Below, in pieces: positions 1-13,300 of a stretch of DNA of 64,000 nucleotides. Source of the DNA: Octopus bimaculoides (lineage: Eukaryota); NCBI RefSeq assembly GCF_001194135.2, contig NC_068990.1, positions 88,365,180 to 88,429,179 of the forward strand, read 5' to 3'. A program made the position numbers and the translations under genes. How positions within the stretch are numbered: the stretch's first letter is position 1; the number at the start of each line of letters is the position of its first letter. The notes under the pieces were generated by a model, which worked only from the letters and a program-made list of their open reading frames with translations, did not search any database and was not told the origin of the DNA.

Positions 1-42
1 TGAGTATAAAATGTATTTCTTGTTTTCTTCTTCTTTCTTCAG

Positions 43-273
43 CTGACAAGCCGTTGCAGATTAAAAAAGTTAGCATACAAGAGAAGGATACTATTGGAAG
101 GCTTAGAAATGTGGACTTAAAGAAGTGTAATGAAGCTTGCTATCAGTATGTGCGATGTAATTCTTATCAGTACAATGAGAATGCGAAATTGTGTGATCTG
201 AGCAATGTAACTCAGATAACTGCTAACTTGAAACCCAACAATGGAAGATGGGATGTACACGTGATTAGCGCAG
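43..273 (+). CDS. Exon A1, PAN/apple-like domain type A
   Basis: ttcttcag|ct acceptor, g|gtctgt donor, 231 nt. [76 protein letters not shown]; C-x3-C-x5-C-x11-C PAN spacing. Confidence 0.9.
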
Positions 274-467
274 GTCTGTAGAGTGTTTCCATTTAACTTA
301 TCATATGTGTCAGTGTGTACTTATATGTATATGTGTATGTAATGTGTGTGTTTGTAGATATATCATCATCATCATCATTTAACATCTGTCTTCCATGCTT
401 GGATGGGTAGGATGGTGGACATGAGCTGGCCCCAGCTACTGTGTCTGTTTTGGCAGATTTTATATAT

Positions 468-507
<40 letters not shown>

Positions 508-879
508 GCAGTCTGTTAAAGTCTGTCATACCGGCCATGACGAAGGGAAATAGCCCTGAAACTCGAGTCGCCTTTATATATATATATTTATATTTATATA
601 TTTATATATTTGATCCTTTATATTGAACACTCAATATTTCATCTACATTCAATACTTTCTTTCATGGTGCCATCCATTTTTATTTTATTTTATTTTATAT
701 TGTATATTGTATATTATATTATATATTGTATATTCCATATTCTATACCCACATTAGTTCTGCAGGAATATAAATAAAACATAAAAAACAGACAGTGTTGG
801 AACTCTTTTAAACAAAATAATATATTCCTCTATACACAATCATACAAAAAACCCCACCTTTTTTGTATTTATTTTTACT

Positions 880-927
<48 letters not shown>

Positions 928-3900
928 TATATATACATATATACATATATACATATATCAGGTATTGAAGCTATACTCATCATCAAAATACAGCTTATTC
1001 AAGTCATCCCTCGCATATGAGTGATATCAGAATTCTGAAGCCACATCTCTTTGGTCAATTCTGAACAGGAAGGTTAGTTAGGAGGCTACTAGTGTGCTTC
1101 AAAGACAAGCTAAAAGACAATCTCAAGTGATGCAACATTCCCCTTTCTTTCTGGGAAAACAAAGCATCAGAGAGCAGGGCCTGACACTTGTTGTGCTTCT
1201 CTCTTTAGTTAAAAGATTTGAACAAAGTCAACTCGAAAACTAGGACCAAATTCGTGCAAGTAAGAAGGCATGTTGGTAAAATGCTGTTCTTCTAAATGGA
1301 AACCTTGCCTGTCATTGTGGTTTTGTGGAATGAAATGAAGCAGGCCTTGCCATCCACTCAAGAAAACACATAAGGAATGAGCCACAAGCGCTCAAGTAAA
1401 CTAAGTCGTCAACCTGTTTCATTTGCCAAAAGATTTGCAAAGTACCATCTGGCCTCAAAAGACACATTCACCTCCATAGAACACTTTACTGAAACTTCAT
1501 TTGTCATTTACAACACACAAATCCATCACACACACATATATATATAAATATATACACATACATATACAGCTGAAATCCACATTGGGATTCAAGATATATG
1601 AAGTTTATTGTATGTTTCTTGATGTGGTTAAGCTCATCATTGCAAGAATCTTTCCAGCTATGCACAACAAGGTTGTTGCCTTCTGATTATCGCATACTCT
1701 TTTCTTGTCCTTGTTTTTGTACAAGTGCATTATAGATGCATGTTGGAATTGTTGAGGAACAAATCCAGTTTCCCAGATCAAACACATCAATTTGTGCAGC
1801 TTACTTACTTGTTGTCTGCCACCATGCTTGTACACCTCTATGGGAATACCATCTTGTCCAGGCATTTTACCAATGGAAAGTTTCTTTGACAGCAGTACTT
1901 ATCTTTTCCATGCAAATATTTTCCACCAGTTTCTCAATTATAGGTCACTGAAGGATTTGCATATTGTTTAGCAAATATCCTATTGTGAGCCCTTCTGTGA
2001 TCCAAGTAACACTTGGAAATTTTGTGAATACTGGTTAATCTGAAGTCACTGCAATCCTTGTTCTTAATTACAACATAGTCCAGCATGTGCCAGTGACCAG
2101 ATTGTGGATGATTCTAGGTGTTTTTGTATTTATCTGCCCATTGAAACACTGTATTTGTGATTGTTAGACCAAACTGTTGAAAAAAAGAAAGTAGTCATAA
2201 ACTGCTTTCATTCATTGTTCCTGTTTTCCTATTACTCATGATCACATTGTATGTTTGTTGCCTATTCTGGCATTAAAATCGCCCATCAGTATGATTTGTT
2301 ATGGTATGGAATTTTACTGACAGCTGTGTACAGGTTGGAGTAGAAGATGTCTTCCTCCTTACATTGATAATGTGCATAGATGAGGATTTACCTATTGGGA
2401 TATGAAATGTCATGAGGCACTCACCAACAGATTGAGAGATGGATGGCATCAGAGGATAGGATCTCACAGCCCAACAGTTATACAGACACAGGCCGAAATC
2501 AAGAGGGTGTGTAGGCATGCACCCAATCTGGAGGTGGCCAGAATATTGTACAACAGCACCAGCCAAAGTGGTTCCAATTTGGTAATTTCACATCGCAGTA
2601 CAGTATAGCTGGTGAGATACTTGTGTGCACCAGGGGTGGGCAAATCCATGGCAGGTTAACTCAGATTGCTTGGATTAGATGTAGTTATAGTATCTGCATA
2701 CCATTTGTGCATTGAAGGCCAAATGTCCAACCCTGGACATTAGATGTGTTGATAATAGACCCAAGGTTTATGGGGCAGAGTATAATAGTTTGACCACATT
2801 CTTATTGAAGATCCACTGGAATCTCTACTTGGGTGGGAAGTTTTTCATAAAGGTCTCAAACTCCCTGGCCAGCGAACTGTTCACTGATTTGCTGAAGTGA
2901 AGGAAAAGAAATAGAAGAGAAATCAATCACTTACCATACTTTTGGGTTGGTCTTTTTTGGGGAAAACAGACTGGAAGGTAGGATTTACATTTCTAGAGGG
3001 GGATACAAACAATGTCTGAACCTAGGAGCAACATACTAGAGTTTGACTAACTTATGCATCCACCAGCTCCTTGAACATCCCTGGCACTATCAACAAAGGC
3101 AAGGTTGTGATCTGTCCCACTAGTGGGTTGACCAGCTACACCACCTTCATCACTCTCTCCATCTGGCATGTGCCTCCAGTGTGTATAGATTTAGTTGCTG
3201 CTTGTCTCTAACTTGTACTGTTTTATCAATTGCCTGATGATGTGTTTGCTCCATGTTTGCTGTATAAGCTTCACCTACTGGTTGCATATGTAGAGTGGCA
3301 TCATGGGTTAGCAAATATTGAAACAGATATAACAATTGGAATAAAGAATCCCCAAGTCAAGCACATGTTCATCATTATCATCATTATCCTTTAACATGGA
3401 TAGTCAATGCTGGCATGGATTAGACAGTTTGACAGATACTGGTAAGCCAGTGAGTTGGCTTCGTTTCTACAGCTAGATGCCTTTCCTAATGCCAACCACT
3501 TTACAGTGTGTGCTGGGTGCTTTTACGTAGCACTGGCAAAAGTGCTTATTATGTGGCACTGACACAAGGCTCTTGCAGGCCAGTCCTCTTCACTAGGTGG
3601 AGTGGCCTTAAGAGTCCTGTTGTGGGGGATGGGTCTTTTTGAGTACAGCAAGACGTCGGGCATCCCAGGCCTTTATCCCATGTCTTCTTGGATCTCCCTC
3701 TTCCACAAGTTCCATCCACTTTGAAAGACTTGCGCTTTCTTATGGAGCTGTCAGCATCCATTCGCATTGGCTAGTCTATCAGGTGTTACTCATCACTGGT
3801 CACTTTGCATCAGTTTAGCCATCACACGATGCCACCCCACTGGTTAGGTGACCAGGCCACCACCCTCTCTTGATTAAAAGGGGACTGGAGTGACACGAAA

Positions 3901-5131
3901 CAAATTGTTTTGCTCAAGAACACAACATGCTGCCTGGTCTGGGAATCAAAGCCATGATCTTAGTGATCATGTGCGCAGCAGCCTAACCACTAGGCCACGT
4001 GCCTTCATACACACACACACATAAACATTCANNNNNNNNNNAGCAGCCTAACCACTAGGCCACGTGCCTTCATACACACACACACATAAACATTCATTTA
4101 TGTATCTGTTTATATCTGTGTACATATTTCATCTGTTTGTCTCAGTCAATATATTTTATTTCAAATTTGTCATTATTTTCTCATATTCACCCTCATTCTC
4201 ACATATATTAACCATTGATCTCAATTTCTCTGATCACTTCCAGCTTTCACAATAACTGACTGCGGACGTCCAAAAGACATTGTTGGCGCATCAATATCTT
4301 ACAATTCCACCACCTATAAATCTGAAGTGATCTATACATGTCCAGGAGGAGAAAAATTAAAATCAGAATGTAAGAAGGATGGTGAATGGGCCCCATTGTC
4401 ATCTGGTTGTAAAGGTAATGTAAAAAGGCTCTCTCTTGTTGCTCTTGCCTACAGAATTTTGTTTTTATTTTTGTGTTAAGTTTTTTTGTCTGATGAAGCA
4501 TTGCTGTGTCCATGACAGTTCCTGTTATGTTTATGGCTAATGGAAAAGAAAGAGGAGGCTATCCTGACACCTGAGACATTCATTATTTAATTATGTTACA
4601 TCAAATTAATCTACAATTTCCTTATTTTATATTTTGCCTTTTAATATTATACACACCAGTCAGTTGTTTTAAATTGTTTGCATATATACGTTATGATGTA
4701 GATATGTCTCTATATATTTATATTTATGTGTATTTATGTATTATAGGTATGTATGTATATGCATGTATGTGTGTGTATGTATACATATGCGTGTGTGTAT
4801 ATATGTGTGTATGTATATATATTTCCACTACTTTCTGTTCACATGCAGCTCCTTCTACGTATTCTTGCCCAGTTGCTGAATGCTGATGCATTGCTAAGTT
4901 AAGATTCTCTCGTTTTTTTTTGATCTTTCATATATTCGTTCGCCATTAACTCTTTCAATGTATTACTTACTAACAGTTAGTTTCAGAAGCTAACCATTTA
5001 AACTGACCTTTCAATATATAACTTCTTCATCTCTCATGTAATTTCGTTAAGATAATTACTTGTTTCTTGGTTTGTTTAATTTCTTGTTTCTTTGGTTTAA
5101 TTTCTAATCTGCCATGAACACTCTGAATGTA

Positions 5132-5184
<53 letters not shown>

Positions 5185-6036
5185 CTTGTACCATCTCCCC
5201 AAATTAAACTTTGCTTGTTTGAGGTGTGCCTGCCCTCTCCTATCCCCACCACCAATACCGGATATCTCTATCTCCTCCTACCACCATTACCTGATGTCTC
5301 TTCTGTTAATCCCCCCTCCTCACTGGTACTGTTCTCTATATTACCTGCACTCTCTCCTGGGACAAATGCAACTGGGCTTAGCTGCCCACCTACTTAACCT
5401 GTTAGGAAGGGCATCCAGCTGAAGAAACACTGCCAGATCAGATTGGAGCCTGGTGCAACCTCCTGGCCTCTCAGACCCCAGTCGAACTCATGTCCAACTC
5501 ATGCCAGCATGGAAAACGGCCATTAAATGATGATGATGATGATAATGTATATATGCATACACATATAAACGTGTATGTATATGTGTATATACTTTTATTT
5601 ATGTGAGGATGTATTTGCATACATATTTTTGTATATTTGTATACATATCCATATGTGTGTATATTTGTATATATATTTATACTAGTATAGATATACATAT
5701 AATTTTATGTGTTCATTATGCAATCTATATGAAGTATCTAAACGCTATTGGTTACTTGTGAGCACCATTATGTAGCACTCTCTGTCCCTATCTATCTTTC
5801 CCCTTTCTCTTGATAGTTTTCTGTTTCTGTTTTTTATTCACCACTGTTTTCTTCTTCCTCTCCATACTTAATGATTTCCTTCTCTTTCTTTTGCCTGTAA
5901 CAACTGACTTGTATAAGCATACACCAGGAGATTCTGTGCACATGCATGTGTGTATATATATATATAGATGTGCACATGCATGTGTGTGTGTATATATATA
6001 TATACATTTGTATATATATATGCATTTGTGTATATA

Positions 6037-6103
<67 letters not shown>

Positions 6104-9100
6104 CTTGCTTATATATGTCTGTATATGCATGTAGCTATGTACATGCGTCTGAGAAACTTAGTTTTTGTGTTATTTTTGCTGCTTTTTGTGTTATTTTTCA
6201 CATTGTTTCACATTTATGTGCTTACTCTGGTGCACATATATATATCTATATATATAGATATATATATGTATATATATATCATCATCATCATCGTTTAATA
6301 TCCGCCTTCCATGCTAGCATGGGTTGGACGATTTGACTGAGGACTGGCGAACTCGATGGCTGCACCAAGCTCCAATCTGATATGGCAGAGTTTCTACAGC
6401 TGGATGCACTTCCTAACGCCAACCACTCCGAGAGTGTAGTGGGTGCTTTTACGTGCCACCGGCACTGGCAACAACCTCGCTCGAATGTTTTGTCATGTAC
6501 CACTGGCACAAGTACCAGTAAGGCGATGCTGGTAACGATCACGCTCAAATGGTGCTTTTTACGTGCCACTGCACAGAAGCCAGACAGCTGCTCTGGCAAT
6601 GATCACATTCGGACTGTGCTGTTAGTGCTCCACTGGTACAAGTTCCATCATGATTCGATTTCGCTTGCTCCAACAGGTCTTCACAAGCCGAGTTTAGTGT
6701 CCAATGAAGGAGATGTTGGCATGGGTGCCAGTCGTCGAGTTTGGTTCGATTTCGATTACACTTGCCTCTACAGGTCTTTGCAAGCAGAGTTTAGTGTCCA
6801 ATGAAGGAAAGGTACGCATAAGTGGGCTGGCTACACCCCTGGCAGAGGCCTCGGATTATGGTCTCACTTGGCTTGCTGGGTCTTCTCACGCACAGCATAT
6901 TTCCAAAGGTCTCAGTCACAAGTTATTGCCTCGGTGAGGCCTAATATTCAAAGGTCGTGCTTCACCACCTCATCCCAGGTCTTCCTGGGCCTACCTCTTC
7001 CACAGGTTCCCTCAACTGCTAGGGTGTGACACTTTTTCAGACAGCTATCCTCATCCATTCTCGCCACATGACCATNNNNNNNNNNNNNNNNNNNNNNNNN
7101 NNNNNNNNNNNNNNNNNNNNNNNNNNNNNNNNNNNNNNNNNNNNNNNNNNNNNNNNNNNNNNNNNNNNNNNNNNNNNNNNNNNNNNNNNNNNNNNNNNNN
7201 NNNNNNNNNNNNNNNNNNNNNNNNNNNNNNNNNNNNNNNNNNNNNNNNNNNNNNNNNNNNNNNNNNNNNNNNNNNNNNNNNNNNNNNNNNNNNNNNNNNN
7301 NNNNNNNNNNNNNNNNNNNNNNNNNNNNNNNNNNNNNNNNNNNNNNNNNNNNNNNNNNNNNNNNNNNNNNNNNNNNNNNNNNNNNNNNNNNNNNNNNNNN
7401 NNNNNNNNNNNNNNNNNNNNNNNNNNNNNNNNNNNNNNNNNNNNNNNNNNNNNNNNNNNNNNNNNNNNNNNNNNNNNNNNNNNNNNNNNNNNNNNNNNNN
7501 NNNNNNNNNNNNNNNNNNNNNNNNNNNNNNNNNNNNNNNNNNNNNNNNNNNNNNNNNNNNNNNNNNNNNNNNNNNNNNNNNNNNNNNNNNNNNNNNNNNN
7601 NNNNNNNNNNNNNNNNNNNNNNNNNNNNNNNNNNNNNNNNNNNNNNNNNNNNNNNNNNNNNNNNNNNNNNNNNNNNNNNNNNNNNNNNNNNNNNNNNNNN
7701 NNNNNNNNNNNNNNNNNNNNNNNNNNNNNNNNNNNNNNNNNNNNNNNNNNNNNNNNNNNNNNNNNNNNNNCTTAAACTTGAAGTGTTGTAGCAGCAGCAA
7801 CAATTGCAGTAATGAGTTTCTATTCATTTGCCTATTTTGACATGACTTATTGCTGGTACAGCACTGTGTTTCACAAGGGATGTTATGTTTTACATAACAC
7901 GGTATACAAAATAACGGAGAGAAAATTGGTAATCTACAGAGTCATGTGTTTTCTACATTCTGACATGGTTGCTATGGCTAGATGCCCTTTCTATCACCAA
8001 CCGTTATACCACATGAAGAAAGCACATCTTCTCATGTTGCTAGAATTAGAGAAACTTTACTAGGACTCAAAATTACTTTACCTTATATAGGTTTGTATTC
8101 AGAGTTGTTCCATTGCATTAAACGCATAAGAGCCAGCAAATTCACTGTTTGCTCTTAAAGATTTTGTGTATTCTTTTTGAAATCCTTCAACCTCGAAATC
8201 CTAGGCATAAGGGAAAATTCACTAGGTTTATTGATCTTAATATTAAGATACTTGTGCATGCAAGTAGAGCATTACTATCATGATAAACCTTTTGGGCCAA
8301 AAAGAAAGTTCAGCTATTTCTCTGTATAACTATAAGGAACTCGAACTAGGCTGGAAGAAAGATATTACTGCAATATTTACCCTTGGCCCCTCAAGAAGTT
8401 GAAACTTGTTCACAGATAATTTTCATACAGAGACATTTCAACTAATTTGAACAGCCATCCCATAAAGAGACAGGAATCAAGAAACTTGATTCAAACATAA
8501 AGATTACTACTAGCTACATTCAACTAAGTGGACATTATTTTAGAATTGATGTTCTGTATCCAGCAAATAATACTCTATATAAAACCTAGCAAGGAGAACA
8601 GACACCTTCCTAAGAATTCTGGCAATTTCCCCTTGTAGCATTGCTACCAGGGGAAATTGCTAGTTCATGATAACCACTGCTGGGATAGAACTGCTGTGTG
8701 CCTTGCAGGTTCAAGTTGTGTGCTAAATGATAAAACTGTTTTGCAAGGAGTTGTCTTGTGCCTCAGTATCCCTGACTTGTTGAGTTATTTCAAACACTTG
8801 CTTTGATGTGTAGTAGAGATTTGGCTGCCAGTGAGATCCATTGTGAAGATCGTCCTAATGTCTTCCTTTGACTGGAAAAACAGGCAATCATTAACAATCT
8901 AGTGGTTTTAGCAAAAGAAGTTTGTGTGGTGGACTAAACTGAAAGGGCTGAAGACCTAATGCTTTCCTCTTTGGCCAAGCTCTCAGCACATTTTTCAAGC
9001 TTCACTTGAGAAGAAACAAAAAGTGGTGTCACCTTCCAGCTAATTATTTGAAAGGTAGTGGCAAACAACAAGTGAATGCACCAACCCTGAGCATGTGCTA

Positions 9101-10362
9101 GTAGATTGAAGAATGATAAGTAGGAGAGTGTGCTCTAACTTTAGTGGTTAACATGATCATTTTTTAAGATCGCATGGTTGTAACAAGAGACATCTCAGTT
9201 GATCATATGTTAAAGGAAGTTTTTACCCTACAAAAGCACACTATCAGGTTAGTGATGTACAAAGAATTGTCTGCAACCTAGAAATTGAGACAAGTTTTAA
9301 AATGAGTCTTAAAGATGTTCTAAGACTTAGGTGAATTGTCTTGTAAATTATGGATCATTTTGTGAATCAGTTGTCAGTGTATAATGCACATGTGTGGGTA
9401 TATGAATGTACATGTCAGCATATAAAATGTATTCTTTCTTCTTTTTCTTCTAGCCAATAATGAACATTTCATGCTTAAAAAAGTTAGCATACCAGTGGGG
9501 GATATTTTAGGACAGCGTAAGAACAAGACCTTAAATGAATGTAATGAAGAATGCAACAGACATCATGGATGTAAATCTTACCAGTACAATGAGGAAAGTA
9601 AATTATGTGTTCTGAGTAATGTGACTCAGTGGACTGTTGAACTTACACTCAACAAAAAATCTGTGGATGTGTACATAGCTAACCCTGGTCAGTAGACTAT
9701 TTTCATCTTATTTATTGTATGCATGTGTTTGTGCATTTGTGTGTGTGTGTGTGTTGCAATGCTGCATGGCAGTGAGACATGGGCTTTGATCGCAGAAGAC
9801 ATGAGAAGACTAGAGAGAAATGAATCGAGCATGCTCTATTCACTATGCAAACGTGTGCATATATGACGTAGTATAAATGTACTGAATGCAAAACTGGGTT
9901 TAAAGAGAAATCAGATGTAGTGTGCAAGAAAGAAGACTGTGCTTGTATGGACATGCTATGCATATGGATGACTAAAGATGGGTAGAGTTTGTGGATGGGG
10001 GAGATGCAGGAAGACATGGGATGGAGTACTGATGGCTGACCTCAGGACACTGAATCTCAAAGAAGAGATGACAGAGTACTGCAATGTTTAGCAATATGTG
10101 GTTTTTAAGAAGACTTGCCCTTTACTGTACAACTGATTTCTGGCAGCACTGGGTTAGTATTGTGTGTGTGTGTGTGGGTGCATGTGGGTGTGTGCATGCA
10201 TGTGTGTGTGTGTACAAATAGGCATTTCACTTAGAATAAGGCAATTCTAATAGGCAATGTACATCATTGCCTATTAGAATAAGGTTTTTACGATATATTT
10301 ATTTTCTAGAGGGTATGAATTACATTCTTCATTATTGAATTGTTTAATAGTGGTTTTTCTCT

Positions 10363-10399
<37 letters not shown>

Positions 10400-13300
10400 N
10401 NNNNNNNNNNNNNNNNNNNNNNNNNNNNNNNNNNNNNNNNNNNNNNNNNNNNNNNNNNNNNNNNNNNNNNNNNNNNNNNNNNNNNNNNNNNNNNNNNNNN
10501 NNNNNNNNNNNNNNNNNNNNNNNNNNNNNNNNNNNNNNNNNNNNNNNNNNNNNNNNNNNNNNNNNNNNNNNNNNNNNNNNNNNNNNNNNNNNNNNNNNNN
10601 NNNNNNNNNNNNNNNNNNNNNNNNNNNNNNNNNNNNNNNNNNNNNNNTTTATGCAATGTATGATCCTAGACAACCCACTGACACCCACCCCATGAGGAGG
10701 ACTCAAGCCATATCCAACCTGAATAATGACATACATACAAACACACTTATGTGCATGGGTTATATCTGTGTGCAAATTTCTTCCATTTATTTCACTCTAT
10801 ATATTTCCTTGTAACATTGTCATATCCTCATTTTCACCTTCCTCCCAACATACATGCAGCATCAATATTTGTTCCTGTTATCATTTCCAGTTTACTCAAA
10901 GATTGATTGTGGAACTCCAAAAGATGTTGTTGGTGCATTCAAGTTGTACAATACCACCACCTATGAATCTGAAGTGATCTATACTTGCTCAAATGGAGAA
11001 CAACTAAAGTCAGAATGTGAAAAGGACAATAAATGGAGTTCTGTGGCATCTGTTTGTAACGGTAATGTAAATAATTTCTCTCTTGTCACCGTCTGTGTAA
11101 TTTAGTGTAATTTTGTGTGTTAAATGGATTTGTCATAGAAAGTCTGGTTGATTCTATGACAATTTCCACTGTGTTTGTGGCATGTGGGAGGAAGAGAGGA
11201 ATCTAGTAGTGTCAGCCTACAAGTCCTCCCCAAATACTTGCAACAGGTTGTACAGTGATAATCTACTTGGAACACTAAATTTTATAGTTGCTGTCATCTG
11301 TTTTTACACACAGTATATATATATACACACACACATACTGTGCCGATGGCACGTAAAAAGTACCATCCGAATGGGGTCGATGCCAGGTCCACCTGACTGG
11401 CCCATGCCAGTGACTTGTAAAAAGCACCAACCAGTCGTGACTGACGCCAGTACCCCCTGACTGGCTCCTGTGCCACTGGAACTCAAAATGCACCATCTGA
11501 ACATGTTCGTTGCCATGTCCACCTTATTGACTCCGGTGCTGGAGGCATGTAAAAAACACCAACCAATCATGACCGAAGCCAGTACACCCTTATTGGTTCC
11601 TTTGCTGGTGGCACATAAAAAGCACCATTCCAACATGATCGTTGCCAGATCCGCCTTACTGGCATGTAAAAAGCACCAACTACACTCTCGTAGTAGTTGG
11701 CATTAGGAAGGGCATTCAGCTGTAGAAACTCTGCGAGACAAGATTGGAGCCTGGTGCAGCCGCTGACTCTCCAGACCTCAGTCAAACCATGATGATGATA
11801 TATGTATATACTAGCTCAGTGATGCAAACAGGAAAACTGCACTCAAAACATCTATATTTAAAAGTTATCTTTTATGAAGATAATGCTATAAAAATTTCAT
11901 ACCTACATACACACGCACGTGTGTGTGTGTGTGTGTGTGCATATTTCTATAAATATATACATGTTCATCTGTGCATTTTTTCTCTCCACTTTTCCTGGGA
12001 AGGTCGTGTAGTGAAATCTACAGGTATCTCCTTCAGATTTTCCTATTAGAAGCAATTGTCATTAGATATTCTGACTCAAACTATGGATATTATCAAACAT
12101 CACATTCTCAATCAACCCTTAGTTCTCCTGTTAGTGCTAAATGTACATAAATAAAATAATGTGGTACTTATTTTTTCTTTCTTCACGTTCTTCAACTTGT
12201 TAATGAAATTTATTTCTGCAATTATGAAACTGTATTTCTTATAGCGGTTAAAAGAACACGAATCTTCAACATACATGCACGCGTAAAATGTTCGTTAGCG
12301 TTTCAGAGTATATATTTCTCGCTATGGTGCTTATGTAGCTGGAGTCAGGATTTATGTATAATGATAACACTTGTAAGTAAGTTATAAGTGACGTGTTTAT
12401 CAATGTATATTCCTACTTTGAAAGTAAACTATATTTATTATCTATTTCCAAATAGGAAACATATAAAAGTAGTGTTACACAAACAGTAATCAGACGCAGC
12501 TATAAAAAGTGGTCATCGACTATCTTGTCCCACTCAATATCTTTTATATCAAGTTTATCTCCTCATTCTTTCCCTCCTAATATACATGCAGCATTTGTAA
12601 ACATCTCAGTTTTCAATTACAGATTATACACAAATAAACTGTGGAACTCCAAAAGCTATTGCTAATGCAATGAAGTCTTATAAAACCACCACCTATAAAT
12701 CTGAAGTGACCTATACTTGCCCAAAGGGAGAAAAGTTCAAGTCAACATGTGAAAAGGACAACAAATGGACTCCAGTAGCTTCTGCTTGTAAAGGTAATGT
12801 AAATATTTTCTCTCCCGTTGTCTTGGTCTGTTTGTTAATATTTGATTTTTGCATTAAATGTTTTTGTTAACAGAATACTGGCTGACTTCATGACAATTTC
12901 CATAGTGTTTTTGGCTGGTGGGAGGAAGAGAAGGAACTGTCCTCAGACCAGAGATCTCTCCATATGCTTGCAACAAAGTGAACTCCATTAATACTAGCCA
13001 AGGGCCTGGTAATGCTGTTAAATTAGGTGATTTGAACTGATAGACTAAACAGCATGAATACCCACTATAAAAGAAATATACTTGAAATGTAATTGTCGTC
13101 GTCGTCGTCCTCCTCCTCCTCCTCCTCCTCCTCCTCCTCCTCCTCCTAGACAATGCCGCAGTTCAGAATGTGCATGTTGCCCTAATGAAATCCTTCCTCA
13201 TCCCTCTTACTCTCCTGACCTTGCACCATCTGACTTCCACTTCTTTCAAACCATGAAGTCTTTCTTGAAGAGGAAGCAATTTTTGAATGATAATGAATTT

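Noticed and set aside
3977-4098. ~55 nt direct duplication flanking a 10-N gap
   Set aside because: Typical contig-overlap scaffolding artefact, not a biological repeat.
12160-12376. 72-codon open frame ending at a GTAAGT donor as a possible first coding exon
   Set aside because: No Met until the last five codons, no signal-peptide character, and no phase-1 acceptor in that frame. Kept only as part of a low-confidence finding.
13082-13149. Poly-Arg/poly-Pro ORF fused to a transposase-like peptide
   Set aside because: (CGT)n(CCT)n microsatellite adjoining a mariner fragment, not a fusion gene.
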